Shown: one piece after another, positions 63,226-64,000 of the stretch
Layout of the letters: every line of letters starts with the position of its first letter
How positions within the stretch are numbered: position 1 is the first letter of the stretch
The notes under the pieces: model-generated
The model's database searches: none
Seen by the model: only the letters and a program-made list of their open reading frames with translations
Told to the model about the DNA's origin: nothing
Assembly (NCBI GenBank): GCA_965215185.1
Contig: OZ244034.1
Coordinates: 1,600,001 to 1,664,000 of the forward strand
From: Acidimicrobiia bacterium
GTDB taxonomy: Bacteria; Actinomycetota; Acidimicrobiia; Spongiisociales; ZC4RG35
Reading direction: 5' to 3'
Length of the DNA: 64,000 nucleotides
Translations under genes and position numbers: made by a program

Positions 63226-63816
63226 TCACTCGGTTCCGCCATGTCTGTCTGATTTAGGGGAGTCCACTGCCCGTCCGCTCCCAAACTTCCAGCGGTTGTC
63301 GAACGAGTTACCGCATACGGCCCAGCGGGCGTAACGGTCGAGGTCGCAGGCGGGATCCACGAAACGCCGGTTATCCATCGGGCTGTCCAACGCCACCCGA
63401 ACCGAGAAACCAGTTCCCGTACCCTTGCATCCCGGCCAGAAGCCATCACCCTCGGGCGGACCTAGCCATGTCTCAATGGTCACAGTATCGGCCGTCTCGT
63501 AGACCTCAACGCGGTCGAAAGTTTCCTGCACCTGGCCGAATGGATGCTCTTTGCTGAGGTTGCAGGCGTATGACTGAGCATTCACCATGAGCACTGTCGC
63601 GTCCACTTCCGCTGGCGCTGTGAGTCTCCACGGGACCAGCCGCGGGTAGGTCTCCAATCTCGTTAGCGGAGGGATTCTTCCCATATGGTTATCAGGGTTT
63701 CTAAAGAGAAGAAGCGTGAATCCTGGCGGGGAGTTCACCCACCAGATGGCCAGCCCACCCGCCAACAGCCCAACCCCAATCACCGCCACCGTCACCGCTT
63801 TCTTGATCTTTGCCAT
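63226..63816 (-). CDS. Membrane-anchored/secreted hypothetical protein
   Basis: Basic N-terminus + TM helix; 4 Cys. Confidence 0.6.
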   Translation of the reverse strand: MAKIKKAVTVAVIGVGLLAGGLAIWWVNSPPGFTLLLFRNPDNHMGRIPPLTRLETYPRLVPWRLTAPAEVDATVLMVNAQSYACNLSKEHPFGQVQETFDRVEVYETADTVTIETWLGPPEGDGFWPGCKGTGTGFSVRVALDSPMDNRRFVDPACDLDRYARWAVCGNSFDNRWKFGSGRAVDSPKSDRHGGTE

Positions 63817-64000
63817 CGCAAACCCGACCTTACTTGGTGCTAGCAGACCGACTCCTCTTTCGCTGAGGTCTTCTAGTCTGTCAAAACCCTTACGGAACAT
63901 CCTCACTTCCAAGGGCATCTTCTGACGCTTGTGGGTGGTCTCCCAAGATTCCTCGGTGGACCCTCCGTCGTCAGTCTCAAAACGCACCCGCAGTTGCCAG

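Overview
High-GC accessory region that looks actinobacterial. SLH/Fn3 surface proteins and the IS types suggest Acidimicrobiia, but this is inference. There are no housekeeping, rRNA, tRNA or CRISPR loci. Most of the window (1-5.8 kb and 24-63 kb) is an array of about 21 co-oriented, variably 5'-truncated copies of the 3' part of an IS4-clan DDE transposase gene; 16 of them keep a fixed right end with a triple CTCCACAT motif. These copies alternate with 0.3-3 kb cargo blocks that are mostly toxin-antitoxin/defence pairs: DUF433-DUF5615, MNT-HEPN, RES, AbiEii, BrnT-like, Abi_C and at least two families I cannot name. Several repeat+cargo modules recur with the same junctions, and many cargo genes have their own leaderless-type -10 box. 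A 62-bp palindrome (5 copies) marks further breakpoints. The 14.5-20.6 kb block is a co-directional minus-strand cluster: MauE-like, MauD-like, a hypothetical gene, a Tat-exported 14-Cys peptide, an SLH-Fn3 protein, and a MauF/CcdA-like membrane protein whose SPCG-type motif has an in-frame TGA followed by a SECIS-like hairpin (probable selenoprotein). Also present: a GAF-PAS-HK-REC-wHTH fusion and nested IS1182/IS3/IS256/IS110/IS30 elements. Coordinates were read by eye, family calls are from motif recognition, and some frameshifts could be sequencing errors.
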